Origin: a virus
Lineage: Duplodnaviria; Caudoviricetes
DNA length: 26,170 bases
Reading direction: 5' to 3' (one strand)
Virus record (IMG/VR): IMGVR_UViG_3300020045_001001
Location: 1-26,170 of that record
Shown here: positions 6,494 to 15,984 of the stretch, one piece after another
Position numbering within the stretch: the stretch's first letter is position 1
Layout of the letters: the number at the start of each line of letters is the position of its first letter
Translations under genes and position numbers: made by a program
The notes under the pieces: model-generated
Told to the model about the DNA's origin: nothing
Seen by the model: the letters and a program-made list of their open reading frames with translations, nothing else
Database searches by the model: none

Positions 6494-7932
6494 TGGCACA
6501 AGCAGCTAAGAAGAATAAGTATCAAGTACAAGAAGTTCGTGTGCCCTTGATTGGTTCTATGACTAATCGCTCTGAGGATGTATCAAAGGATCAACGATTT
6601 GTCAATATCTTTCCTGAGACACGTAAAGTAGAGGCAATTGAAAGCACACGAATCTTTCTTAACAAACGGCCGGGCTTATCTTTATATAAGGTATTTGGTC
6701 CTGGGCAAGGCAGGGGGATTGTTTGGTTTCGTAGTAAGTTTTATGCAGCTATTGATGGTAAGATATATGAGGATGGAGTTACTCCAACTGTAGTTATTAC
6801 ACTAGTAGATGCTACTACTAAGGTAGGGATGATTGTATGTAATTCCGCCACAATAGGGGATTACTTATTTATCTGTGATGGAACTTATGGATGGGTTATA
6901 AACTCAGCAGGTGTTGTGACACTTGTTACAGATCCCGATTTTCCAACTCCCCATATCCCAACGCCTACTTTTATTGATGGTTACCTTTTGTTGGCTAAGG
7001 GCAGTGATGTTTATAACTGTGTCTTAGATACACCCACTTCATGGGAACCCGGAGAGTATCTAACTGCCGAAATGTTCCCGGATGCTGTTGTTGCTTTAGG
7101 CAGACAGAATAACCAAGTAGTTGTCTTTGGTGAAAGTAGCACAGAGTTTTTCTATGATGCTGCTAATACTAGTGGCTCTCCTTTGAATCGGAATGAATCC
7201 ACTACCCTGCAAACTGGGTGTGCTTTTCCCTTTGCTATATATCAAAATGAGAAGACTTTTATCTTTACTGGACAATCTGATTCAGGCGGTAGAGCAGTCT
7301 GGCAGGTAGATGGCTTTCAACCAAAAAAGATTTCTGATGAGTATATAGATCGCATCTTAGATAAAGAGATGAACTCAACTGGAGTTCGTGGGTTTGGTTT
7401 TAGATCTATGGGACATTTATTTTATTTAGTAAATCTACCCACGCTAAATCGGACACTAGTGTATGATACAGAAGAAAAGTTATGGCATGAGTGGTCCACC
7501 AATAGTGGATCGTCCCATACTTCCTTTATGTGTAGTTACATGTGTGATTCCCATACTGGGTCAGCCTATCTTCTCCACAATTCTACCGGGACTGTTTATA
7601 AACTGGATACCACTGTTTATACAGATGCTGGAACGGCAATTCTAGTTGATATTACGACTAATAAATACGATATGGATACATACAAAAGAAAGTTCATGTC
7701 AAATCTTAGACCTGTTGGGGATAGATATAATCAGGGGAGTATTGATGTTAAGTGGTCCGACGACGACTACCAAACTTGGTCCAATACAAAGACTATAAAT
7801 ATGGAAGACGGCTTTCCAAACTTTGCACGATTAGGGGCTTTTCGTCGTCGGGCGTTTAACTTTAAGCATACTGGTAATAACCCATTGCGGTTGGAGTCAG
7901 TAGAAGTCACTTATTATGAAGGGGATAGTTAA
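6493..7932 (+). CDS. Tail hub/nozzle, packaged DNA stabilization protein (P22 gp10-like), 479 aa
   Basis: RBS GGAGGT; size, position and motifs (KRPGL, FIDGY, TAEMFPD, VFGESSTEFF, TLVYD...WHEW, WSDD...TWS, RLG..R.R.F) fit gp10-type beta-propeller tail proteins. Confidence 0.8.
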   Translation: MAQAAKKNKYQVQEVRVPLIGSMTNRSEDVSKDQRFVNIFPETRKVEAIESTRIFLNKRPGLSLYKVFGPGQGRGIVWFRSKFYAAIDGKIYEDGVTPTVVITLVDATTKVGMIVCNSATIGDYLFICDGTYGWVINSAGVVTLVTDPDFPTPHIPTPTFIDGYLLLAKGSDVYNCVLDTPTSWEPGEYLTAEMFPDAVVALGRQNNQVVVFGESSTEFFYDAANTSGSPLNRNESTTLQTGCAFPFAIYQNEKTFIFTGQSDSGGRAVWQVDGFQPKKISDEYIDRILDKEMNSTGVRGFGFRSMGHLFYLVNLPTLNRTLVYDTEEKLWHEWSTNSGSSHTSFMCSYMCDSHTGSAYLLHNSTGTVYKLDTTVYTDAGTAILVDITTNKYDMDTYKRKFMSNLRPVGDRYNQGSIDVKWSDDDYQTWSNTKTINMEDGFPNFARLGAFRRRAFNFKHTGNNPLRLESVEVTYYEGDS

Positions 7933-8726
7933 TGGCAAATATCTTACCACCCCCTCCTATTAATGATGCTCCTGGAAGTTTTACTTGGTTAGAATGGTAT
8001 AGGCAGTTGCGTTCCTATGTATCAACTACTGGCTCAGTTCCGTGGTATATTATTGACTTTGCTGGATCTAGTATCACAGATATTGTTAGTAGGGATCATG
8101 GAAATCTACAAGGGTTACAGGGGGGCACTGCTGGGGAACATTATCATCTAACCGCAGCACAGATAGCTAGTATTGGTGTAGGGGCACACAACTCTTTAAC
8201 TAGTATACAAGGGGGTTCGTTAACTGAGAGATATCATATAACAGCGGATCAACATTCTGGAATAAGCAATAGTTTAAATGTACAGACTACCGGAAGTGGT
8301 ATAGTTTTACCAACCACTCCAACAGTGTTTACTCCGACAGTGACTACTGTTTTAAGCAATGGCATAACGTACAACTCTGGTACTGGAGAAATAACCTTCA
8401 CGCATGGGGGAGTTTATACACTCCAACTTTCTCTCAACGCGTCGGCAAGTGCGGGAAATAGGAAGGTATATTTTTATGCTGCTATAGATACCGGAGGTGG
8501 GTATGCTATTAGTAGATATAGTGCTAGATCAAAAGAAGTTCCTCCTAGTATAGAGGATCAGGTGTTGTTTTCATCTACTAATTATTTTAGTAAGGGAACA
8601 AAAACTAAGCATTATATCTGGGCTAGTACAAATACAATTACATTAAATTCCACAGACGTTCCTGGAACCACCGCTGGAACTGTCACTATACCGGCTTTTA
8701 GGATGTTATGGACGGGTTCGTTGTAA
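7932..8726 (+). CDS. Putative tail needle or fibre protein with a 30-aa tandem repeat, 264 aa
   Basis: TAATG coupling; follows the gp10-like gene (P22 gp26 position); repeat units HGNLQGLQGG...HYHLT and HNSLTSIQGG...RYHIT. Confidence 0.65.
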   Translation: MANILPPPPINDAPGSFTWLEWYRQLRSYVSTTGSVPWYIIDFAGSSITDIVSRDHGNLQGLQGGTAGEHYHLTAAQIASIGVGAHNSLTSIQGGSLTERYHITADQHSGISNSLNVQTTGSGIVLPTTPTVFTPTVTTVLSNGITYNSGTGEITFTHGGVYTLQLSLNASASAGNRKVYFYAAIDTGGGYAISRYSARSKEVPPSIEDQVLFSSTNYFSKGTKTKHYIWASTNTITLNSTDVPGTTAGTVTIPAFRMLWTGSL

Positions 8727-8755
8727 TTGACATTGGTGTTCAATTATGATACACT
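8727..8755 (+). promoter_or_regulatory. Sigma70-type promoter upstream of the ejection-protein genes
   Basis: Perfect TTGACA (8727-8732), 17-nt spacer, TG at 8747-8748 and TACACT (8750-8755), all in a 56-nt intergenic gap. Confidence 0.7.
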
Positions 8756-8782
8756 ATTTACATATAATGAAAGGAACTACCA

Positions 8783-9652
8783 ATGGATGATTGGGAATAT
8801 AATAACACAGAGGATGATTATTGGAGTGATACTGGGAATGAAGCAAACCCAGATACATACAATGACTACCCGGCAGAAGATAATTATTGGAGTGATACAG
8901 GAAACCAACCCGCACAAGATACACCAATATACGATGATAATGCCGGGGATTATACTGGATACACTCCTGGTGGTAATAATGCAAACATTGCTACCAATGC
9001 TCCAGTAGGGGGCACTCCAGAAGCCGTGGTTACTCCACCTTGGTATAGTAGCTTCCTAGGTAGTGCCACTCCGAATACAGGGGGCGGTATTACTCAGATG
9101 TTAGGTTCTATCTTTGGTGGGGGTAACTTAGCAACTTTACTTAGGGGATCTGCGGCTGTGGCTGAAGGTAGTCAGAATAAAGAGAAAGCTGCGGCACTAA
9201 CTAGTATCGCGAATAACACTACTCCTACCGGCTCGATAGATCCATGGTCTAGTCAACGTCCCTTCTATCAACAGCAAGCACAGACAGCCGTTACTGATCC
9301 GTATAGTTCTCCTATTGTGGCTGCTCAAATTGCACAGTTACAAAAAGCACAGAATATTAAGGATGCGGCTGCTGGCAGGCGTAGTAACTCTTTGCAGGGA
9401 TCTACTGCTGTAATGAGTGAAGCAGCTAAGATTGCGCAGAACTATCAAGCACAGATGGCACAGCAAGGTGGATCGCAGGTTACTCCGAATAGTAATGTGC
9501 AGGCGCAACTTCTATCTCAAGCGGCTCAGTCTGGCACACAGGGATATCTCTCTCCTATTATGAATGCTCTTGGGTACAACTCCCAGACTAGTAATAATGA
9601 TGCCACACTACAACAACTTCTGGCAGCTATGAATAAGATGAAGGCAGCGTAA
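8783..9652 (+). CDS. Putative DNA ejection (pilot) protein with acidic repeated N-terminus, 289 aa
   Basis: RBS AAGGA; Gly/Ala/Gln-rich; position after the tail genes; TAATG-coupled to the next gene. Confidence 0.65.
   Translation: MDDWEYNNTEDDYWSDTGNEANPDTYNDYPAEDNYWSDTGNQPAQDTPIYDDNAGDYTGYTPGGNNANIATNAPVGGTPEAVVTPPWYSSFLGSATPNTGGGITQMLGSIFGGGNLATLLRGSAAVAEGSQNKEKAAALTSIANNTTPTGSIDPWSSQRPFYQQQAQTAVTDPYSSPIVAAQIAQLQKAQNIKDAAAGRRSNSLQGSTAVMSEAAKIAQNYQAQMAQQGGSQVTPNSNVQAQLLSQAAQSGTQGYLSPIMNALGYNSQTSNNDATLQQLLAAMNKMKAA
8808..8898 (+). repeat. Intragenic direct repeat with 66-nt period (EDDYWSDTGN / EDNYWSDTGN)
   Basis: cagaggatgattattggagtgatac (8808-8832) versus cagaagataattattggagtgatac (8874-8898), 23/25 identical. 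Confidence 0.85.
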
Positions 9653-10620
9653 TGCAGACTATTGATACTGGATATAAACCTGAGTTTGGATTAGGGGCTT
9701 TGTATGCAGGTCAGAATGCGGCTAACTCTCAGGCTATGAATGATGAGGAGTTAGCCAAACTCTTTCTTGCTAATCAAACCGCACAACAATCTTATGGTCA
9801 AGTAGAACGAACTAACCCCTTAGAAGTAACTCGTATGCAGAACGCGAATACAGTTGGTGGGTATGATGCTGCTCTTGCTAGAGCAAAGCAATCTAGTCCC
9901 TCTTACATCCCTATGTCCCTTTCGGGACAAGAGGCGCAGATGCAGAATCAGATGACCTCTGCGGATACTGGTAAGCTTATGGCTCCTTTTGTTCGTGAGC
10001 AAACTAAGGCTACAGCACAAGCAGATACACAGAAACAACAAGCTTTGTGGACTCTTCAAAACATAGATAGCCAGTTAAATGCGGAGGGTGGAACAGACGC
10101 GCAAGGGAATATAGTTAAATTCACTCCAGGTCAAATTGGTTTCATGAAACAGAAGAGACAGGAGATTGCAGATCAACTGAAATCCACACCGGAGTTTCTG
10201 GGTAAAGAGTCTATTAGTGCTGAGGACAATGCTACTAAGATTCAGATTGCAGAGATACAGGCCGCTGCTGCACGTGATGCTGCTGCCTCCCGGGCTGCTG
10301 GTGTTGGTAATATCAAGCCACCTAAGACAGCAGAAGAGGCTCTTATTCGGCAGATTGCTAATCAAGAGGCTGCTGGAGAGATTACTGCGGAAGAGGCTCA
10401 GAAACAACGAGCCGAGATCGAAGCTGCAAAACGTGCTGCTAACCGCGCTCCTGGTACTGGTCTTGTTCCTGATGGTAAGGGTGGTTGGACACTAGCGCAA
10501 CAAGAGAAGGTACCAGCCTACACACCGCCAGCTAGTAATACTCCAGCACCGAAAGCAGAGACAAAAGAAGTTAATGGGGTTACCTATATAAAGGTACCCG
10601 GTGGTTGGAAGAAACAATAA
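9652..10620 (+). CDS. Putative internal virion or ejection protein, 322 aa
   Basis: Gln/Ala-rich helical composition; lies between two other ejection-type genes. Confidence 0.65.
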   Translation: MQTIDTGYKPEFGLGALYAGQNAANSQAMNDEELAKLFLANQTAQQSYGQVERTNPLEVTRMQNANTVGGYDAALARAKQSSPSYIPMSLSGQEAQMQNQMTSADTGKLMAPFVREQTKATAQADTQKQQALWTLQNIDSQLNAEGGTDAQGNIVKFTPGQIGFMKQKRQEIADQLKSTPEFLGKESISAEDNATKIQIAEIQAAAARDAAASRAAGVGNIKPPKTAEEALIRQIANQEAAGEITAEEAQKQRAEIEAAKRAANRAPGTGLVPDGKGGWTLAQQEKVPAYTPPASNTPAPKAETKEVNGVTYIKVPGGWKKQ

Positions 10621-10633
10621 TAAAGGAAAGTAA

Positions 10634-13600
10634 ATGGACTTTATATCAGATGCAGAAATGGATACGATGTCAGCTTCAAAAGATTTCATCTCCGATGAGG
10701 ATATGGCTAAACAATCTGCACCTGATTTTATTCCTGATACCCCTTCGTTAGTAGATTTAATTCCTGGTGCGCACTCTGTTACTCCTACTCCGGATCCCAC
10801 AACCTTTGAGTATATGAAGGGGTCTGGGGAGGCAATTGGTAATGTGATTTCTGGTGGTACTACCGGCATGCTTGGTGGTACTCTGGGAATGATTGGTAAT
10901 CCAGTTAAGCAAGCAGTAACAGGAAATATAAAATCTTATGGGGATTTCTCTAAGGCCCTAGAAGAGGGTTTCTTTGGTGGTATGGAAGCTGGTACATATC
11001 AGCCGAAGACCGAAGCCGGACAAGAGATTGTATCTAAATTTGTTGCTCCTGTTATAGAAAATCTAATGCCTATGGCGGGGTTAGCTGGTTCTTTAGGGCA
11101 TGCGCCATCTAAGGTTAAAGGGATTAAAGAAGTTAGACCAGAACTAAAGTTTGGTGTTGAAAAGGAATTTATTCCCGAAGCCTCTGGCATATCTAAGGGG
11201 GAGCATGATATGCTCTCTAAGGTACAGAGGAATGTGGACGATAAAGTCCGGAATATCAATGAACAGATTACTGTAATAGAAGAGAAGATTGGTAAGACTG
11301 GTATTGCTCGTGATGAGGATATTATGCTCTTGCAATATCTTGAAGGGGAATTGAATAAGAAGGCCAAGGATCTCGTTGACGTTGAGTCTATTTTATCTGG
11401 GGATGTTACCAAGAGTACGGCTGAGGAATTAGCTTTACGTCAGGACTTGCGTATACAAGAGATCATGGAACAGATGAAGGAGCAGCGCAAAGGTAGGTCT
11501 ATGCCCTACGTAGAGGCACCGCCAGAGGGTTCGTTAGTTCCACCTGTAGAGGTAGCCTTAAACAAGATTGGTGAAGCCTTACAAGAGCCTCCTGAGAGGG
11601 TGTCTGTTCGTCTTGATACAGTGATAGAGAAGCTTAGTAAGATTCCAGAAGAGGCTACCGGAGAGTACAATGCTCTGCGTGAATCCCTCTTAAAGGAAAA
11701 AGAAGCCTACGAGTCTATCCTTAAAGGTGAGCAACCTAATCTTAGTTGGTTTGAAAATAAACAAGTTCTAAAGGAAGTATCCATCCCAAGAGATGTAGTG
11801 GATGGTATTGTTAATCGAGAACTTCCTTCTGCTACCGAAACTCATTGGTTGCTTCGTGATGCGAAGACCACTGGGGAAGCTTTTGCTAAGATGCGGGAAG
11901 AGGGTGTGGGTACTAAAGGACAACGAGTGTTAATGGATCTATTAGAAAAGATACCACACGCTATGTCTGCTAAACTAGAACATAGTCTTGCTACTATTAT
12001 GAATGATCGTGGGGCCAAGGCATCAGGGCATTATGATGCTGGAACCCATACTGTAGCATTACATGAGGCAGCTACGATAAAGACAGTGCTACATGAAACT
12101 ATCCATGCTGCTACCGTACATCTATTAGATCAAGGTACATCTAAAGCAACAGTAGCTTTCAAAGCACTGTTCGATAAATATAATGACTTCCTAGGTACTG
12201 TTTCTAACAAAGCTGGTGTGCCTCATTATGGATTCAAGAATGTTAAGGAGTTCATCTCAGAAGCATTCACTAATCCAGAGTTTCAATCCTTCTTGGCTAA
12301 GATTGCATCTGACTCACAACTAGGTAAGAAGTCCCTTAGTATGTGGGAGAAGTTCAAACAACTTATTAAAGAGAGTCTTAACTTCCCCAACGAGTACCGT
12401 TCTGTTTTAGATGATGTGTTGGATGCTGGTGCAAACCTTATGGAGTCTGTGAAGACTCGTAGTGAGGAGGTATTCCAGAAGATGTCAGAAAAGACAGGGG
12501 CAGATAAGGTATCCTTTAACACAGAGGAACTCCCTACTAACAAAACCATGCGTGGTGTTTTTGGTAGAAACTTCTTTGGTATGAATACAATGGAGGGATT
12601 TTATCTGGATCATCCATTAGTGCAGGACGCCTTTAAAGGTATTCGGGAATCGTGGGAACAAGCAGATAAGATACAAAATAGTCTTTGGCATGGAACTGGG
12701 GAGGTTATTAGCTCCGGTAAGATGCACTTCTATGATACGCTGAGTAAGGTTAAGAATAAAGGTAGTGCTATCATAGCTGTAATGAAAACCTCAGATGCAG
12801 ATATGGGGATTATCCATGATCTGTTTAAGAAGGGCTTTGAGGATGCTATAGATTATGCAAGTAACTTAGAAAAGAATGGTGGGCACCTTACACCAGAACA
12901 AGTAAAGACTTACACGGTCTTGTCTGAGTTGTTTGAGAATATGTATAAAGAGACTGTGAAAGTACAACGGAATCTAAATAAAGCCCACGAGTTGCCTTAT
13001 CGTGCTGGTTGGTATCCAGCTAATCGTAAGGGAAAATTCTCAGTTGAGGTGTCCTTTAAGGGTAACTTAACACATAAGCAAACGTTCCCTACAAGACAAT
13101 CGGCTGATGTCTTTCGTAAGAAGCTTACTGATGGAACGAACTTAAAGTTCTTAGATGTATCTGACGTTATTGATTCTAGTATTCCAGATAAACAACAACT
13201 CAACATAGAGATGGCTAATATTATTGGGGATCATCTAGAAAAGAAGTATAGAGAAGCCGGTCCAGCACTAAAAGAGACTATTGACGATTTGATGTACACC
13301 ATGCAATCTCGTGGAGGTAAGTTGGGTTATCATCATCAATTCCGTGCGAATGTCAGTGGGTATAAAGGATCTGAACTTTTCCATAGTTCTGCGGAACTTG
13401 GTAACTCTTTTAAGGAAGGGATACAAGGAGAGGTTAATAACTTTGGTATGAATCTTCGTACATTAATGGTCAAAGCAAAGTTACAAGGTAAGGTAGAGAG
13501 TCAATCTTTTAAGGAGTCGTATCCAGTAGATCATGCGGCAATAGAACAGATGTATGAAAGTGCGTTAGGTAGAAACAAAGATTTCTTTGAACAACCAGAA

Positions 13601-15190
13601 CGTAACGTAATACACGCTGTAGATAAGATTGTAGATACACTCTCTCAGAAGGTACTAGGTAAGCAGTTTGAAGCAAAGAGAGATAGTGCGCTAGGTAAAG
13701 TATCGAATACCTCCATGCGAGCTTTCTATGCTACTAAGATGATGGCTAAACCCGTCTTCTTATTAGGTCAGTTGCTGACAACTCCTATGATTATTCCTGA
13801 GCTTGCTCGTGATGGTCATGGTCTTCGTGCCTTTGCTTCTTTTGGTAAGGGGGTTACTAAGTTACTAACCGGCGATAAAGTTCTTTGGGATCATATCAAA
13901 CAAGTCTCACAAGAGTATAATGTCTTTGAGGCACAGTTCCTAGAATCCATGAATCTAGATAAGCACACCAATACCAAATGGAATACTGAAAAAGTATTGG
14001 ATATGTTGGAGGATTATGTTGTTTTGGGGAAAGTTGGGAAGGCTGCGGACTCCACGTCACGTTTGATCTCTTATGCCACAGCTTATACACACTTCACTGA
14101 TCTTGGATTAAAACCAGCAGAGGCTTCATATAAAGCTCGGTTAGTGACAGACAAGGCGATGAATGTATATGAGACTGGAAGATCAGCACCGATCTTTGAA
14201 AAGTTAGGAGCAGTTGGTAGGGGAATGAAACCCCTAAGTTCTTTTGGTCTGAATCAATTAGGTAATGTTGCATCTTATCTGAAAGAGGCAAAGAAAGGCA
14301 ACGTGGGGCCAATTATTGCTTACGGACTAGTTACTACTGCTATGGGTGGGATATTCAGTTTACCCTTTATTCAGGAGTACGAACGTTTCCGTAAAGTAGC
14401 TGGAGTTTTCTTTGATCTTAACATGCCCTCCATCTTGCAGGTTATGGCAAGTGATGAATCTTTCTTAGACAGACTACAGATTGTTGAAGGAGATAAGAAG
14501 GATGTTCTGTTGTATGGTCTTCCAGCATTATCTGGTATGGATCTCTCTACATCTATCCGCACGAACGAAACCATGTTCTCCATCTTAGCAGCAATTGCTT
14601 TAGGTGAAGAGGATGCCAGTAAGTTGCTCCCAATTCTTGGGGCTACTAAAGATACTGTTGCAGCAATCCCTAAGATTGCTAAGACGTTAGCTGGTAATGC
14701 CTCCGTGGGAGAGGGTAGAAAGGCCGTGGATGCATTAGTAACAGGCCCTATAGGGTACGGGACCAAAGAGGCATTAGATCTCAACACAACGCGATTCCTG
14801 GGCAAACAGACAGGGATGATGCCAACAGGTGTAGCTGGTGATGCGGACATGCCAAGAACGAAACAGGATATTGTGGCGGGTTATCTTGGAACAAAAACAA
14901 TTGCTCAAAAGAAACAAGATCAATTGAATTTTGATTTGGTTGCACAAGATAAACAGAAACAGAAACAAATCCAGAATGGTGTTAACATGTTAGTAGAAAC
15001 AGGAGACAATAAATATATCCAGAAGCTACTTGACTTGGGTTTAACAGCGGAAAAGATAGATGCGGGTATTAAATCTGGAGCCTACAATAAGAACGTAGAT
15101 CAGTATATTCGTTACTTCCGTAGTGCACAAGGAACAATTGATCCAAAGAAAGCATCACTTATGATGCACTTTCAGAAAGGAAATAAATGA
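10634..15190 (+). CDS. Large internal virion/ejection protein with a zincin-like metallopeptidase motif, 1518 aa
   Basis: RBS AAGGA; GHYD...VLHETIHAAT...EFISEAF (HExxH plus downstream Glu); last and largest gene of the ejection cluster. Confidence 0.75.
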   Translation: MDFISDAEMDTMSASKDFISDEDMAKQSAPDFIPDTPSLVDLIPGAHSVTPTPDPTTFEYMKGSGEAIGNVISGGTTGMLGGTLGMIGNPVKQAVTGNIKSYGDFSKALEEGFFGGMEAGTYQPKTEAGQEIVSKFVAPVIENLMPMAGLAGSLGHAPSKVKGIKEVRPELKFGVEKEFIPEASGISKGEHDMLSKVQRNVDDKVRNINEQITVIEEKIGKTGIARDEDIMLLQYLEGELNKKAKDLVDVESILSGDVTKSTAEELALRQDLRIQEIMEQMKEQRKGRSMPYVEAPPEGSLVPPVEVALNKIGEALQEPPERVSVRLDTVIEKLSKIPEEATGEYNALRESLLKEKEAYESILKGEQPNLSWFENKQVLKEVSIPRDVVDGIVNRELPSATETHWLLRDAKTTGEAFAKMREEGVGTKGQRVLMDLLEKIPHAMSAKLEHSLATIMNDRGAKASGHYDAGTHTVALHEAATIKTVLHETIHAATVHLLDQGTSKATVAFKALFDKYNDFLGTVSNKAGVPHYGFKNVKEFISEAFTNPEFQSFLAKIASDSQLGKKSLSMWEKFKQLIKESLNFPNEYRSVLDDVLDAGANLMESVKTRSEEVFQKMSEKTGADKVSFNTEELPTNKTMRGVFGRNFFGMNTMEGFYLDHPLVQDAFKGIRESWEQADKIQNSLWHGTGEVISSGKMHFYDTLSKVKNKGSAIIAVMKTSDADMGIIHDLFKKGFEDAIDYASNLEKNGGHLTPEQVKTYTVLSELFENMYKETVKVQRNLNKAHELPYRAGWYPANRKGKFSVEVSFKGNLTHKQTFPTRQSADVFRKKLTDGTNLKFLDVSDVIDSSIPDKQQLNIEMANIIGDHLEKKYREAGPALKETIDDLMYTMQSRGGKLGYHHQFRANVSGYKGSELFHSSAELGNSFKEGIQGEVNNFGMNLRTLMVKAKLQGKVESQSFKESYPVDHAAIEQMYESALGRNKDFFEQPERNVIHAVDKIVDTLSQKVLGKQFEAKRDSALGKVSNTSMRAFYATKMMAKPVFLLGQLLTTPMIIPELARDGHGLRAFASFGKGVTKLLTGDKVLWDHIKQVSQEYNVFEAQFLESMNLDKHTNTKWNTEKVLDMLEDYVVLGKVGKAADSTSRLISYATAYTHFTDLGLKPAEASYKARLVTDKAMNVYETGRSAPIFEKLGAVGRGMKPLSSFGLNQLGNVASYLKEAKKGNVGPIIAYGLVTTAMGGIFSLPFIQEYERFRKVAGVFFDLNMPSILQVMASDESFLDRLQIVEGDKKDVLLYGLPALSGMDLSTSIRTNETMFSILAAIALGEEDASKLLPILGATKDTVAAIPKIAKTLAGNASVGEGRKAVDALVTGPIGYGTKEALDLNTTRFLGKQTGMMPTGVAGDADMPRTKQDIVAGYLGTKTIAQKKQDQLNFDLVAQDKQKQKQIQNGVNMLVETGDNKYIQKLLDLGLTAEKIDAGIKSGAYNKNVDQYIRYFRSAQGTIDPKKASLMMHFQKGNK

Positions 15191-15705
15191 GTCGGTTTAC
15201 AGACTGTCTTTCTATTATCTGTGATGCGGAGGGGGGTTATGTAGATGATCCCCTAGATAGAGGGGGTGCTACTAACTGCGGGATTACCACACAGACTTAT
15301 CATAATTGGTTAACCCACCATGGATTACCACTTAAAGATGTGCGAGATTTAACTGAAGAGGAAGAGGGTGCTATATACCAAGATTCTTATTGGACTTCTA
15401 ATCTTCCAATAGGACTGGATCTACTTGTCTTTGATTCTGCTGTACAGCATGGGAAGAATCGTGCGATACGATGGTTGCAGGGGATCATAGGAGTTGCTAC
15501 AGATGGTGTGATAGGTCCAAAGACTATGTACCGTTTGAATGCTTATGTGTTGCAATACACTCTCCCTGTTTTGATTGCACATTACATAGAAAAACGTAGG
15601 CAATTTTATGCCGCCATTATCACATCCGATCCGACACAGGCAAGATTTAAACGTGGATGGGAAAATCGGATGACTAAATTGGAGGGGATTCTAAATGGCT
15701 TGTAA
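15187..15705 (+). CDS. Endolysin, glycoside hydrolase family 108 with C-terminal peptidoglycan-binding domain
   Basis: EGGYVDDPLDRGGATNCGIT signature, FDSAVQHG, DGVIGPKT, F.RGW.NR; ATGA overlap. Confidence 0.92.
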   Translation: MSRFTDCLSIICDAEGGYVDDPLDRGGATNCGITTQTYHNWLTHHGLPLKDVRDLTEEEEGAIYQDSYWTSNLPIGLDLLVFDSAVQHGKNRAIRWLQGIIGVATDGVIGPKTMYRLNAYVLQYTLPVLIAHYIEKRRQFYAAIITSDPTQARFKRGWENRMTKLEGILNGL

Positions 15706-15733
15706 GAAAAAAGGTGGCGGTAAAAAGAAGTAA
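15695..15733 (+). CDS. Putative 12-aa basic micropeptide MACKKKGGGKKK
   Basis: GGAGGGG 7 nt upstream of the ATG; overlaps the endolysin end; stops at the terminator. Confidence 0.5.
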   Translation: MACKKKGGGKKK

Positions 15734-15773
15734 AAAGAAAGCCCGGTTACTCATAAAGAGTCCGGGCTTTTTT
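15732..15773. terminator. Bidirectional rho-independent terminator between the convergent genome arms
   Basis: AAAAAGAAA-GCCCGG(tt)ACTC-ataaa-GAGT-CCGGGC-TTTTTT: a GC stem with an A-tract on the left and a T-tract on the right, where the + and - gene blocks meet. Confidence 0.92.
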
Positions 15774-15777
15774 ACGT

Positions 15778-15855
15778 CTAGAACAATTCTAACTGTTGCA
15801 TAAACAACCAAACTTCAACTTCCATTTCTTGTTGTTGCTCGAACAACTCATCCAT
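15778..15855 (-). CDS. Small acidic hypothetical protein, 25 aa (MDELFEQQQEMEVEVWLFMQQLELF)
   Basis: Translated by hand; TAATG overlap with the upstream small ORF; RBS AAGGT; ends just before the terminator. Confidence 0.5.
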   Translation of the reverse strand: MDELFEQQQEMEVEVWLFMQQLELF

Positions 15856-15983
15856 TATTTTTTTACCTTATAGAAACCAACAAACACTCGTACAATTCCC
15901 AGATCAAACACGACTGCGCGTGCTTCCCATAAGAATTCCAGTCCAATCATACAGCCAGTAATCGCCTTACATTGTACAAACAA
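15855..15983 (-). CDS. Small hypothetical protein, 42 aa (TTG start; MFVQCKAITGCMIGLEFLWE...DLGIVRVFVGFYKVKK)
   Basis: Translated by hand; starts 1 nt after the HNH stop and fills the gap exactly. Confidence 0.5.
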   Translation of the reverse strand: MFVQCKAITGCMIGLEFLWEARAVVFDLGIVRVFVGFYKVKK

Positions 15984-15984
15984 T

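Noticed and set aside
8808-8898. Direct repeat with 66-nt period resembling a mini-CRISPR
   Set aside because: Only two copies, in frame within a coding sequence, not palindromic, and no cas genes in the window.
8727-9008. 93-aa TTG-start ORF overlapping the ejection gene
   Set aside because: Its start codon is the -35 hexamer of the promoter, it has no RBS, and the 8783 frame has a good RBS and downstream coupling.
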